From assembly GCA_000165425.1 (NCBI GenBank), contig CT868585.1, positions 372,001-413,286 on the forward strand: 41,286 nucleotides of DNA, given 5' to 3'. The position numbers and the translations under genes were made by a program. The DNA comes from Paramecium tetraurelia. Its lineage: Eukaryota. Shown piece after piece: positions 23,523-37,667 of the stretch; positions within the stretch are counted from its first letter, which is position 1; each line of letters opens with the position of its first letter. Below the pieces are notes generated by a model. It saw only the letters and a program-made list of their open reading frames with translations, had not been told where the DNA came from and searched no databases.

Positions 23523-25352
23523 TCATTGTTTTTTAAAAATATTTAACTTGCCCCAGAATCCACCTTTCTTTGGTTCTTCTAATGTTGGATAGGTTAAGTA
23601 TGAATGTGCCTATTAAACTTAAATAATCAATTACAATATCTAATTAAATTGGTTTAGGTGGAATTGGTTGCATTAATGAAATTAGATCAGCAGGTTTATA
23701 TGATAAGACATTATCCAAAGTAATTTATTCAGGAGAGTCTAACAATTCAAATAACGTCTTCTAATTTTATTTATCCTCTAATCCAATATTTTAAATTTCT
23801 TATCCAATAGTTTTCACTTAATCTTATTAAAGTTTTAATCCATTTAGTTTACTCTTATTTTATATTTACGTAGACAATGGAACAAGTAATTTCAATAAAC
23901 TATGAGGTTCCAACTTATTCTCTATGTATTTCCTATCAGCTATTCTTGATAAATCATCATGATATTTCAATAAACTGTAGGCTTCTCTATACTTTTCGTT
24001 GGTGAAGTAGAGACAGCCAACAAAGAAACAACGAAGTGCTTTACAAAAGAATTCTTTAGCATCTAAAATTTTGAATAATGTAATGTCCTTATTGAAACGT
24101 TCTTCATCCATAATTTATCTTAGAATTTAGGAGTAATTATCACAATATTTAATGATTTCTTATGGAGTAGTTAATTTTAATTTGAGTGCCTTTTTGGTTT
24201 ATAAGTTCTAAAGATTATTAACTCCATCTTCCTTAATAAATTTTTCAGTGTATTGTCTAATATGCATTTCGTTTCTATCTAAAGTTGCAGATTATCTTTA
24301 ATAATTGATATACCCTAACACCTTAGAGTGTATTTCTTTTTCTTATTCAGATGTTGATTAATCCTTGTCTATTTTAACGTACTTGGATGCTTCATCATAA
24401 AGTGAGAATAAAGTTGTAAATGAATCCAAATCACCTATTAATTTACTTTCTTGAATCTTAAGAATCAATTTAACCACTTTTTCATTTTTGATAGGTAATT
24501 TAGAGTCTTAATAGTCAATTTCGAAAGCACCTTATTATTAAGTCATCTTTGCTTATCTCTATTCTTCAAGCATTTCTTCAAATTTGGCAATCATGATGGG
24601 ATCGCTTTGATCTTTTAACATTTTTGTCAATTCATCAGCAGACAGAGTAGCCAATTTCTTTGCTTTAGCATTACAATATCTAATTTATTGATTTAATTAT
24701 TCTAATCTCTCCTAATATACTCCCGAACTAAATTAATCGCAGACTTTAATTATTTATTCATAAATAGTATAACATTTAGCAAATGATTCCAATGCTTTTT
24801 CCCATTTTTCAGTTTCAAAGTGATACAATCCTTGTAAATACCAATTATATGCTTCTGATTCTAATGATGTTCTCTTTTCAGTTCTCAACTCACAAATTGT
24901 AGTTAATTATTTAGAATATTGAATGGCTCGCTTAAATTTCTTTACCAAATAAACCTTCACTTATCTTTTATTGATTTTCTTATTGACTCCACTATTAATC
25001 AATTATTTCAAAGTCATAGCATGTGCCCAATTCTTTTCTGCTTAATACAATAATACTTATAAAACACGTGGATCATTCTAATTTCAATATTTGGATTATA
25101 CCTTGACTACATCCTAAATAACTTTCTTTTGAAATCTCTTTCCATGAGTAAATTACATTTAATGTCTTAGTTTGTTTATTTTATTATAGCAATATGTCCT
25201 GTATCTTTAATAATCTCCATGCTGTAGTCCATAATTTCTTTAGGTTTCTCTTATTTTTTAGAATACTAATGAATATAATGGCAATGAATACCAAACAGGG
25301 AACCCAAGTTTTATAATTGTTCTTATTATTCTTCCTCTTCCATTTATTACAT
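23523..25352 (-). CDS. SRP68: Signal recognition particle subunit SRP68
   Basis: NYGLQHGDYQRYRTYCYNKINKLR, LLYQAEKNWAHAM, LESEAY, QIRYC, QPIPPKPI, C-terminal KKGGFWGKLNIFKKQ-TGA; several small introns. Confidence 0.93.
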
Positions 25353-25395
25353 TTTAATTAAATATTAATATAATATATATGAGAATAATATAAAT

Positions 25396-25922
25396 TCAGT
25401 TATCTTCTTAATATATTTCATCTAGTTCTTCCACATTCTCAAAAAATTCACTCATCTATTTAATGCTTGAAAAATTTTCCATATTTTTTTATAAATTCTC
25501 TAATCCCTTTGATAAGGTTTCATTTTATTGTACTAATTCCATCTATTAAATCAATAATAATGAATACATTCTTCATTCTTAATTTTTCAGCATGGATTTC
25601 TCCTTCATTATACACTCTTTTTACAAGTTATCTAAGATCTTAAATCTAAATGTAATATTTATTTTCCATACCTCATTAACAAGTTCTTCTTGCTTAATTT
25701 CAAGCATATTGACCTTTTCTTATAATTTATAATTGTCTTCCTTCAATTTACTATTCTCAGTTAATAACATTCTTTCTTTATGTTGAGTACTGGAAATGTA
25801 ATTGGTAAATGCTTATTATTAAAGTTATTTTAAAATCATCTAACATATTTAAGCAATTCTACCTCTTGTAATTCTTAATTGTTCTCCTAAATCGGATAAC
25901 TCTCAAATTGTGAGTCCATCAT
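25396..25922 (-). CDS. Coiled-coil hypothetical protein, 150 aa
   Basis: MMDSQFESYPIQENNQELQE|...; introns 25840-25862, 25646-25671, 25543-25567; spliced 453 nt. Confidence 0.8.
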
Positions 25923-25961
25923 TAAAGTATTAAAAAATCAATATAAAAATAAAAATAATAA

Positions 25962-27594
25962 TCAATTTTGCGTTATTTTCCAAGGTTTAATAAAGAATTA
26001 TTAAACTCTTTTATATTGTAGAAATAATAAGATCGTTATTATTATTATGAAAAATATACTTCCATAAAAGCATCCTTTTACAAGTGGTTCTGTGTTTAAG
26101 TATGAATGCTCTGCAAATGTTATTACTTCTTTCACAGCCTATAATCATTAGTTATTAGAAATACAATTGTAATCCCTTCATCTGTAAAACAATTATATTT
26201 TTGATATTCATGAAAGATTCTGTTCTAGCCATCAATTCCTTTTAAACCATCAGCTTGTGTGTAATAAATTATACCCAATGCCATATTACTCATACACAAA
26301 ATAAACGTTATTATCAATTAATATTCAATATGTTAAAATTTAGTAAAATCTATTGAAATGAAATTTACATCTTTAAGTAAATAAAACAAAAAGGAAGTAA
26401 TTAATAAAACTGTTGTTAAAATTAAGGAGATTTTGCTTACATATCTACTATAAGAATTAATAATTTCTCCTTGTAATCTCATCTTTTTGATACTATCTGG
26501 ATCCACAATGTTACATTCTGGATTTGTTGAATTAATAGTTATTCTACTCATCAATTATAAGGTGTAAGTATCAATACTATCGATATAATCTAAAAAGTAT
26601 GGTATGCTTTAAAAATTAGTGAAGTCATTATCATCATAAACATTTAACTAATAATCTGAATCTATGATTTTTGAATAATTAAATGTGTTTCCATATTTGT
26701 CACAACCCTTTTCAGGAACAATTGCTAATGGATAATACTTACCACTTTAAAATTTTGGTTAAACTTTAGAATTAAAACACATAGAATTAGGATGAACACC
26801 AGGAACGATTTAAAAATTAATTAATGGAGTTGAACCGTTACGGTACTTATTGAAATATTTTGACCCAATTTTAATCTATTTTTCAGTTTGAGTTTGGGTT
26901 TCAATTAAATCTGTTAGTGGACATTTGGAATTAGATGATGATATGCAAATACCAGCACCACATTTATAGTAATTAGATGGACAATCCTAATTACCTACCC
27001 ATTTCCATTTCTTTGCAAATTCTACACACAACATTTCTCCTTTCCAATATTAGAATTGTTATCCTTTATAATAAGGAACACTCTGACAATCAGATTTGAA
27101 ATGAGTAAAACAATATGATCTTTCTTTTAATTCCCCATTTGAACATAGACAACCTATTTAAATAACTTTCTAATACCTGAATTGACTCCTTCCCAAGTGC
27201 CAATAGTAGTAATTTCAAATCCATATGGACAACTCTAATAATGTCTATGGAGTCTATTAATTTGAATGGTATTTTGAATATCAAGTATTGGTGATGAAGC
27301 TAGGTTTTCTTGGAGTGTTTTCAAGGTGGCAGAAGCACTGGATGGATCTTTTTATGGTTGCTATTGATGGTACACTTGAATCATAAGAATGAGGATAAAT
27401 GTTGCGTAGACTAATGGTATTAGAAATATTGGAAGCGAGAATGGACTGGGTTCTTCATTCAGGATTTCTGATTGAACATCTTAATAAATGTCAAATGATG
27501 ATTTACTTTATAGACTGTCAATTGAAAGGTTGTCACTGTGTTCTTGCCATTCATGTTTATGAAGGTGCAAGGATCTGCGAATTGATAATTTCAT
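25962..27594 (-). CDS. Cys-rich multi-pass membrane protein (ciliate-type), 527 aa
   Basis: N-terminal TM, then Cys-rich lumenal region (CPYGFE...GTWEGVNSG|CLC...CPSNYYKCG...ICI...KCPLTD), then 3 C-terminal TMs. Introns of 23 and 26 nt; spliced 1584 nt. Confidence 0.85.
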
Positions 27595-27817
27595 CTTTTA
27601 TTATTTGATATGTAAAACTTAATCAAGTATTAAGAGAAGTATTCGAATAAGTATAATAATCAAATCAAAATATTTGAATGTTTCAACACTATTAAAATGG
27701 TTATTCTCCATCATTCTCATTGACATTATCCTAATCTATTCACACACTAATTAAAAAGTAAGTTTGAATCATGCAAATAACAAATGTTTAACGTTATCTA
27801 TTAAATTAATAAATTAA

Positions 27818-29744
<1,927 letters not shown>

Positions 29745-29779
29745 AACAATTAATTCATAATATATATGTAATAATACAT

Positions 29780-30630
29780 TCACAATAATAAAATTAATAA
29801 CAAAACTAAGAATGCAACAACAGCACAAATTAACATGCACCACAACTTCTTTTTGCCACTTTTCTATTATTCTTATGTTTTAGTTAATTAGTCTTAAGTT
29901 TTGATAACATTCTCCTTAGTTGTTGTGACATTAGTCTCTATCACATCAAAATAGGTATCCTAATGTTCTATTTCCAAAGCTAAATCTTATACGATTTTAT
30001 TAATTGTTTATGTCTTATATTAGATTTAATCTATTTCCTCTTAATTTTATTTAATGATTTCATTGTGCCATTCAAGGTGGTCGAATTGTTCAAATTATTA
30101 GACATCCATCATTTATAATTATGAATTATTTTAAGCATTTTTTTGATTATTGGACGAATGATTCAATGTAAAATTTTGAACATCTTATTTTGATGTCATT
30201 TTCATCATTCGTTCAATATCTTTTAGCACTTCCTTTAAAGATTCATATCCACAATCATTAATCATATTTTTATATAACTGTTGATGTCTTTGGAGATGAC
30301 TATTGTACAAATCTCTTAACTTCTTGGTTTTATTTCGTTGGTCAACTCCCCTAGATGACTTTGAGTTATTGTTTAAAGTACTTGCTCCAATTTAATGATG
30401 TTCTCTTTAATGTTCATATGCTCCAATTAGATAGCCTTCAATTGTAGAAACACTTGATTGACATTGTGCTAATCAATTTCTGATTCCCCTGATACTTGCA
30501 ATTCGTCAACACTTTGTTGGTAGTCTATGAGTTATGCTTTCACGTTCTAAGATAAAATTTGATTAGGTACCTCATACAATTAATCAAAAGAGACATTATC
30601 GTTCAATAATGATGTATGAAGATCACTCAT
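29780..30630 (-). CDS. Syntaxin (Qa-SNARE, Stx7/12-like), tail-anchored, 267 aa
   Basis: SNARE motif EEIDQIQYKTQTINKIVQDLALEIEHQDTYFDVIETNV, then KKKLWCMLICAVVAFLVLLLILLL-TGA. Introns of 24 and 23 nt; spliced 804 nt. Confidence 0.88.
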
Positions 30631-30646
30631 TTAATTAAATAATAAA

Positions 30647-31761
30647 TCAATCACACCATTACATTCTTTTTCCATTTACCCATTGTCCTTTCCTCTTTCC
30701 CTACTAAGAATTAGTATATTCACCGATTCCATGTTGTTTACCATATTCCCATTGCCCAGAATATTATCGAGAATCAGCTAACTAAATTAATATTTTGATT
30801 ACGCCATGCCAAAGTTCCAAAACCATGCTTTTTGTCATTCTTATACTCTCCTTAATAAATAGTACCATCTGCCCATGACATTTTGCCTTTTCCATCCATC
30901 TAATCGTTTACCCACTCTCCTTCATATTTTCTACCATCACTCCATGTATAAGTACTACAATATAGAAGGCTACAATTACCCTTATCCATTAAACTAATTA
31001 TTTTTAAACGAACCTTCATAAAGAGAACCATCAGGAAATTTATAGACTCCATATCCTTCACGCTTTCCTAATTTGAATTAACCTGTATAACTAGATTAAT
31101 CAGAGAAAAATTCGAATCCCTATCCATTCTATAAATTTTCAAACCAATCTCCTTTATACATGGAGCCATCACCATGATAATACTCACCATATCCGTGATG
31201 TTGATCATCACACCATTATCCTATATAATAATCGCCGTCAGCATAAATCATTCTACCCTTTCCATTGGCTGTTCCTCGAGAAAATTAACCTTCATATATT
31301 GACCCATTTTTCATGATTTAAACTCCTTTTTATTTAATAACTGAATTTTACCTTTTCCATTTTTTTGACCCTCTAGCCATCCTCCTTGGTATAAACTCCC
31401 ATTGGTTAATTCATATACTCCATAAAAATAAGCTTCAGAGTCTTCAACTTCAAAAGGGGCCAATCTATCTAATAGTTCCTGCGTTAAAATCATCTCGTAC
31501 TTTGACTTTGAATGAGGATGTCTAGAACAATTAAGATGTTAATTTAGCTTCTTTAACATCAGGTCTATGAATTTCTAACAGTAAGGAATCATCTAATTAT
31601 CTGGTTTTGGTTTATGATAAATTCTTCTCTAAATCTCCTTGAATTAATGGTTCATCTGGAAGAGCCCCTACTTCTCGAATGGTCTCAATTTTGCTAGTAA
31701 AGGTTAGTGGAGGGGCCTCACTTAGAACAGCTATTTATTCAGAACATACACATTATCCCAT
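30647..31761 (-). CDS. MORN-repeat protein with N-terminal MGQCVC acylation motif, 338 aa
   Basis: Repeated YxGxWxxGxxxGxG units (e.g. LYQGGWLEGQKNGKG, KYEGEWVNDQMDGKG). Four introns (22, 26, 25, 25 nt); spliced 1017 nt. Confidence 0.92.
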
Positions 31762-31799
31762 TATTTAATTTATTTTATAAGTATATAACTATTAATTGT

Positions 31800-33686
31800 T
31801 CACTATTTTCTGATCAAATTGGAATTGTTCCTTACTTCTTGCTCCATAAAATGTAAGATTCTCATTTCTAAATTCTGGTTCTTCTTCACTTATCCATCAA
31901 ATGCTTATTTAACAGATTACAATTCATCTAATTTTACTTAATATTCTTTATCCTTTCTCTATATGATTTAATCTATATTGTAATTAAATTATGTTACTTA
32001 ATTGATTAAGTTTCCATTGTAACTCCTGTATTTCCAAAGAGTTATTATTAAAATTATTCATATTTTCTAATTGTCTTCTATAATTATCCATTTCTAATTA
32101 ATTCTAGTTAATCTATTGTTCTAATTATCTAAAGTATATTCTATAGAATACCTTGACTTTGACTCATAATGTAATAGAATTTATTCATAGTCTTTAATTT
32201 TATCATTCAAATTCTAAATTTAAGTTTCAAATAACGCCTTTTCTGCATTTGATAACATATTATGACTATCTTCCGAGATTTATCTTTATTCTAAACGTTC
32301 TCTCATTTCAGATATTTCCTACCATAATATTTGGTACCTTGAAGTAGCCTATTATAACTCATTTTATTATGATTAAACCTATTAAACATAATTATTCTAA
32401 TTATAAAATATTTAGATACTTCAGATTGGTCTTTTTGAATATTTAAGATGCTTATTTGTTCCTTCAATTAAGATATCGTGTTATTTAGAGAAGTAATTGT
32501 CTAATGATTATTTATTTGCTCTTATCTAATTTGCTTTAAATCATTTTCTAATTAGTTAATGTATACAATGTATTCTGCCTTTTGAGATTGATCTTTTAAT
32601 TGTTTCTCTAGACTAGATATCTTTTAATTCAGAAGGTCGTTCTCTTATTACAGAGAATCCTTTTAATTTAAAAAGCTTTGCGATTTTACCTCCAAAGAAG
32701 TAATAGTTTCTTTTAATTATTCAAATGTTTAATGATCTAATTAGGTATGCTGTAATTGTTATCTGAGATTATCATTACTAATTTGAAGTGTTAATAACTT
32801 AATTTCTGCTTATTCTAATTTGTAGCTCAATTCTCTCTGGGTATAATTGCCTTTTGTATTAGATGAATTTGGATGAGTATTGATATGTAAATTTTGATTC
32901 ATATTTGGATTCATATTCTCTTTGTGTAATCTATTTTACGTTGACAATAACAAATCTTGATATTTTCTGTCTGATTCTGATATTAGCGATATTAGTTTTT
33001 TGTTTTCTTCTTGCTAATAATTTATTTAATGATTTAATTTAGAATTGTCATTTACTAGGACCGTAATTTTTTGTTGTAATTATTCCATTATTAATTTTAG
33101 TTTATCATATTCAGAATTGCTTTGTAATGTATTGAGGTGATTTCGAATCTGAACATTTTCTTCAACTAATTAATTAGATAGTTAAGCAGATGATTTAATA
33201 ACTTATATAACTTGATCAAATTGACTCTAAACAACTTTATCAAATGATTTTTTGAGATCTTCTAACTGACAAATAGCGAATCTAAGTTGATCTTTCAAAA
33301 TCTCAAAATTATTAATTTTCATTCCTTTAGGTATTGTTGTGCTCTTTTTATCAAAATGACTTTCTTGAGTATAATTTAATGTTGAATTAAAACTAGTAGA
33401 ATCTAATAATCTATTAGGTTGGGTTTTGTTGGGCATCAAAGTAGCAGTAGATCCAGATTTGCCTCTGACCTAATAGAATGAACTCCTCTAACTTTGATTA
33501 ACTGGTAAATCCTTTATTGGTGATAATTGATCAATTATGCTCCTTGAAATGTATATTGTTAATTTACATTCTCATTTTCTAACAACTCATGTAATTAGGA
33601 TTGCTATGCTATTTCTAAGGTGGTGTAACACTTGATTGGCGTACTTGATACACTGTTGCTGGTTTTTGAGTTTGTTACATACTCAT
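31800..33686 (-). CDS. Long coiled-coil hypothetical protein
   Basis: MSMQQTQKPATVYQVRQSSVTPP...; Q/L/E/K heptads; ends EQEVRNNSNLIRKQ-TGA; a few small introns not individually mapped. Confidence 0.8.
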
Positions 33687-33748
33687 TTTGCTGTTATAAA
33701 AATTTGAATTATTAAATTTATATTTGTTTAATGAAAATGGAAACAAGA

Positions 33749-34843
33749 TCAAGCTTGGTTGGCAAGTCTTTGGTTTCTTTCATGGTTTTCATCTTCAACT
33801 TAGTTAAATCTGGCTTCAACCATCTCTTCTAATTGAGCAACCAATTAGAGTTCGTTTCTTCTGGCTTAAGTGGCATAGTTGTATTCGTTGGCGAAGGTTG
33901 AGCATAAAGCTTAAGCTTAATCCCAAAGTTATTGGTTTCTTTAGAGTTTTCCTGAGGCGGTTTATGCAATAGCTGATTGAGTTCCGATTTATTGGTTCAA
34001 TGAATCAAGTTTATTTTAGAGTCTTTCGTTTTAGGCTTCAAGTCTAGCGATGGTTTATCCAATTCTATCCTTTTAGTCATTGAATGCAGCAACTGAAACA
34101 GCGTTTGATTCAGTGAAGTCGTTGTATGCTTCTTAAATGTTACCTCTCAAGGTTTCCAAAAGTTAAGCAACTCTTTCAAGAGCTGATTCATCAAGTTATC
34201 CTTCTTAGGCAGCCAATTAAGCAAAGGCATAGAAGACTGGGGCAAACTTGGTAGTTTCCTTGATGTTGAAGGCAGTTTAGAGCATGCTCTTTGAAACTCT
34301 ACTGATTTCAGCGAATGATCCTGATCCACTGTAGATGGTGGCTAAGATATCAGATGCTTCATCAATTGCATGGAGAGCGTCTTCATAATCTCTTCCTCTT
34401 CTCTTGAAGTATCCAGCTTCAGTTTCTGCAGCACTCAAAACGCTGTTTAAGTGTTCTTAAGCTGAGAAGTATTATTATTAGTTGACTTCTTATTGGTTGG
34501 TAGCTCTGATCTTTGAGGTTTAAGCAACATTCAAAGCTGCAGTTGAATCTCTGAGGACATTGCTGGCATCAGTGACTTCAGCTCTTCTGAAAGAATTTTC
34601 AGATTCACATTCTGTGACTTAGACGTTGTAAATCTCATCATGATTAACTTATTCTGTGTTAACAGCATCTCTGAAGTCTCTCAATACGTTCAAAATAGCA
34701 TCGAGGGGTGATTTGTTCTTTAATTTTGCTTCAACTTCAGCCATAACAGCTGTGATTGATCTCTTCTTGGAGTAGTCCAAGTTGAATTTTGTTGTAGCAC
34801 TAGCAACGGCCAAAATGACCAATAGGCACAAAGCAAGTCTCAT
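33749..34843 (-). CDS. Trichocyst matrix protein precursor (TMP/GRL family), 364 aa
   Basis: Intronless 1095 nt with higher GC than neighbours. Signal peptide MRLALCLLVILAVASA; pro-region ending ...KLKNK|SPLDAILNVL (cf. TMP 'DPLD'); acidic coiled coils; only two Cys after the signal peptide. Confidence 0.88.
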
Positions 34844-35349
34844 TGTAATAATAATATTTTATCATTTTTTTTCTTCCTCATAAAATAAATTAGAAAAACG
34901 GATATTTTATCGAAAAACAACTAACTAAATACATAAATCATTTCATTTTCTTCAACCGATTCTCCTTTAGTTAACAAAGCAAATCAAACTAAACTCAATT
35001 CCTTATGGTTAACATCCTAAAATAAGGTTCTTGAACTCACATTATACTATTCAAATTTAACCCTCGTTTTTTATACATAATACAATATTCTTTTACTCTT
35101 AACAGATCTTAAAATATATATTATGCATATTTTCTTAAATCTAATATTATTCTTTTTTACCTATACTCAATTTTCATTACTAAATCATATATGTTAGTAA
35201 ATTTTATATTTTTTTTTGACTGAAAATTGATTTGATGTCATAATAATTCAACGATTAAAATAAAAATTCGATTTTTAAACGTTTATGTTATGATAAAATT
35301 ATTATGGATCATATTTTTTACTTAATATAATATAACACGAATAAATACA

Positions 35350-35931
35350 TCATTTAATAAACATTAATCCAACAATTACAATTAAAATGCATATTATTAC
35401 AATCCTATATCCTATTTTTGTTTTTTAAGACTATTAAGCTTTAACCAATTCTTATGAAGCTTTTTATGTTTTATTTTCTGCATAAGTATAATTATCTTCG
35501 ATTGTAAACATTTGATCAACTTATTAGGTTGCAACCTCATGGATTTTCTCATATATACTTTTAACTGTTTCCATACTTTTATGAACATTTTACAATCTCT
35601 ATTTTCTTTATGTCACATTATCTTCAAACAATTATACTTCCACTTAATGATTATCATGCAACAAACTAGTGTCTTCATCTACATTATTATATTCCATTTC
35701 TTGTAATCTCTTATTTTGTTATGAATAATATTTCATTAATTTCATGATCTAGTTCTCATCGCCCTTTTTTATACGTTTTTGTATTTCTTTTTTTATATTT
35801 TCTGACATCTATTTGCATTTACTCAAATATTCAGATCGATGATTTCCTTCAACTTCCTCATCAAGGAGATTTCGAAATTTTTCAATATCATTTTTTAATT
35901 TATCATCTTCATCTTAATTATCTTAATACAT
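35350..35931 (-). CDS. Short divergent syntaxin-like Q-SNARE, tail-anchored, 193 aa
   Basis: Intronless 582 nt. QRKQRLQNVHKSMETVKSIYEKIHEVATQQVDQMFTIEDNYTYAENKTQKASQELVKA, then IVIICILIVIVGLMFIK-TGA. Confidence 0.8.
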
Positions 35932-35943
35932 TTAATATATAAA

Positions 35944-37089
35944 TCATAACAAATATTATTCTTTTATCTTAAAATTATAATATTAACACGTATTAGATAA
36001 TTCATCTAATATTAATTTATTTTATTGAAGCCTATAAGAATATTATTAATGCTTATCCAATATTGTTTTTACTTACTATTCTCTTTCATTCTATAGTTTC
36101 TCTAATCGTTATTTTACATTAATAAATTTGATATCTTAAGTAATGGATCTAACAGTTCTATTTGGTTCTGATCTCTATTCTTCATATCTAAATGTATTGT
36201 TATATTTATTAGATTCACTACTGGACATGTTTATTTGCAAAGATTTCTTTTTCTATTTTATTTTGTTCTTTGATTTCTTCTATTATTCTTTTTATGTTAA
36301 ATTTAAAAGTTTGTTATAAATCTAGGTCAACCTATTTTATTCTTGTTCTTCTTTTGTCTTATTTGACTTCTCAAGATGTTAGTGAATCTAATATAAACCA
36401 AATTATGTACTATTTCATCTTAGCCATGTAATCGTTATTTAATATTATCTAAACGTTAAGACTTTCTTTGTGATGCAGCATCCATACTTTTATTCAATTT
36501 CTTAAAAAATTCAAACTATAACATAGATCAATAAAAAATACCTCATCTAAATGCTTAGGCTCTGCCAATTTCATCGTTGGTGTTTCTTAAATAGTAACTT
36601 CTTTTTTTTATTACATTTTCTATGGAACTTACTCCACTAATTCTACTTTTGCTGTAGTTTCTTCTTTGATTTCTTTAATTTCATCTTAGACTGACATCTT
36701 TCTTGGCTTCCTTTTTACATTCTTTTTTTTTAACTTATTTGATAATGCAATCAATTAAGTTTCCTTTTTTTTCAAACTCTGTTCCATTGATGAGGACAGC
36801 TTATTATTTAGCTTTTATAGTTTTGCACTATAATCAGCTTATAATTTCTTTTTGTTCTCATGAATGGATTCCAATTTTAAAACATTCTATTTTGCTCTTT
36901 GCATTTACTCTTCATAACAATAATTGCATTACCTTGCAATGGATTCAAATAGACTCCACCATCTTAACTTCCCTCAAGGCAGTTTTCAAGTCCTAAGAAT
37001 ATAAATCTAATATACTTTGAAGTTCCTTCGTATAAGGTAATAATATATTTTACATAAATTATTAAAATCTTTAAATAAAATTGATCCAT
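35944..37089 (-). CDS. Basic coiled-coil hypothetical protein (5' end uncertain)
   Basis: K/Q/E-rich code-6 ORF with introns after HLDE (26 nt) and QDEI (23 nt); ends KEQYLL-TGA. Confidence 0.7.
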
Positions 37090-37667
37090 TATAATTAATG
37101 ATTTATTACATCATAACTTTTACAACCCTAGCCTTCCATTTACAAATTCTGATATAGAATATAAAGTAAAAGTAAATCGAAATTATTATGTTCTACAACT
37201 TAATCCGAGCATATAAATAATGATTCTCGATCTACTGAGATGAAGAGATGAAACAATTAAGAAATTTTTGAAACAGAGATTCTTTATAAATGAAAATATT
37301 ATATAATTAAAATTAAATTGAAATCAGAAATTTTATTCTCCCTCATTATGCATTCTATTATCATTAATTTTTAATATTTCTTCCATAATAATATCATAAA
37401 AATGAAGATTGGTAATTTTGAACGATGAGTTCGTCTTAAATTTTATATTTGATTAATTAATAAATAAAAATATAGAAATCGAAAAAAATAATCTCCTGCT
37501 TCAAAATGGCAACAAAGTTTTTTTTCTAGATATGTTTATAGCAGTAGGAATTGATAATGTTAATCATATTTCAGTAATAGATTGATAGATGTCAATAAAA
37601 TAATTAAAATCAGATTTATTATTCCATTTTATTATATGAAAATAGAAATATTTATAAATTTATTTAA

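Noticed and set aside
36703..36996. Track ORF on plus strand (97 aa)
   Set aside because: Antisense to the minus-strand gene at 35944-37089.
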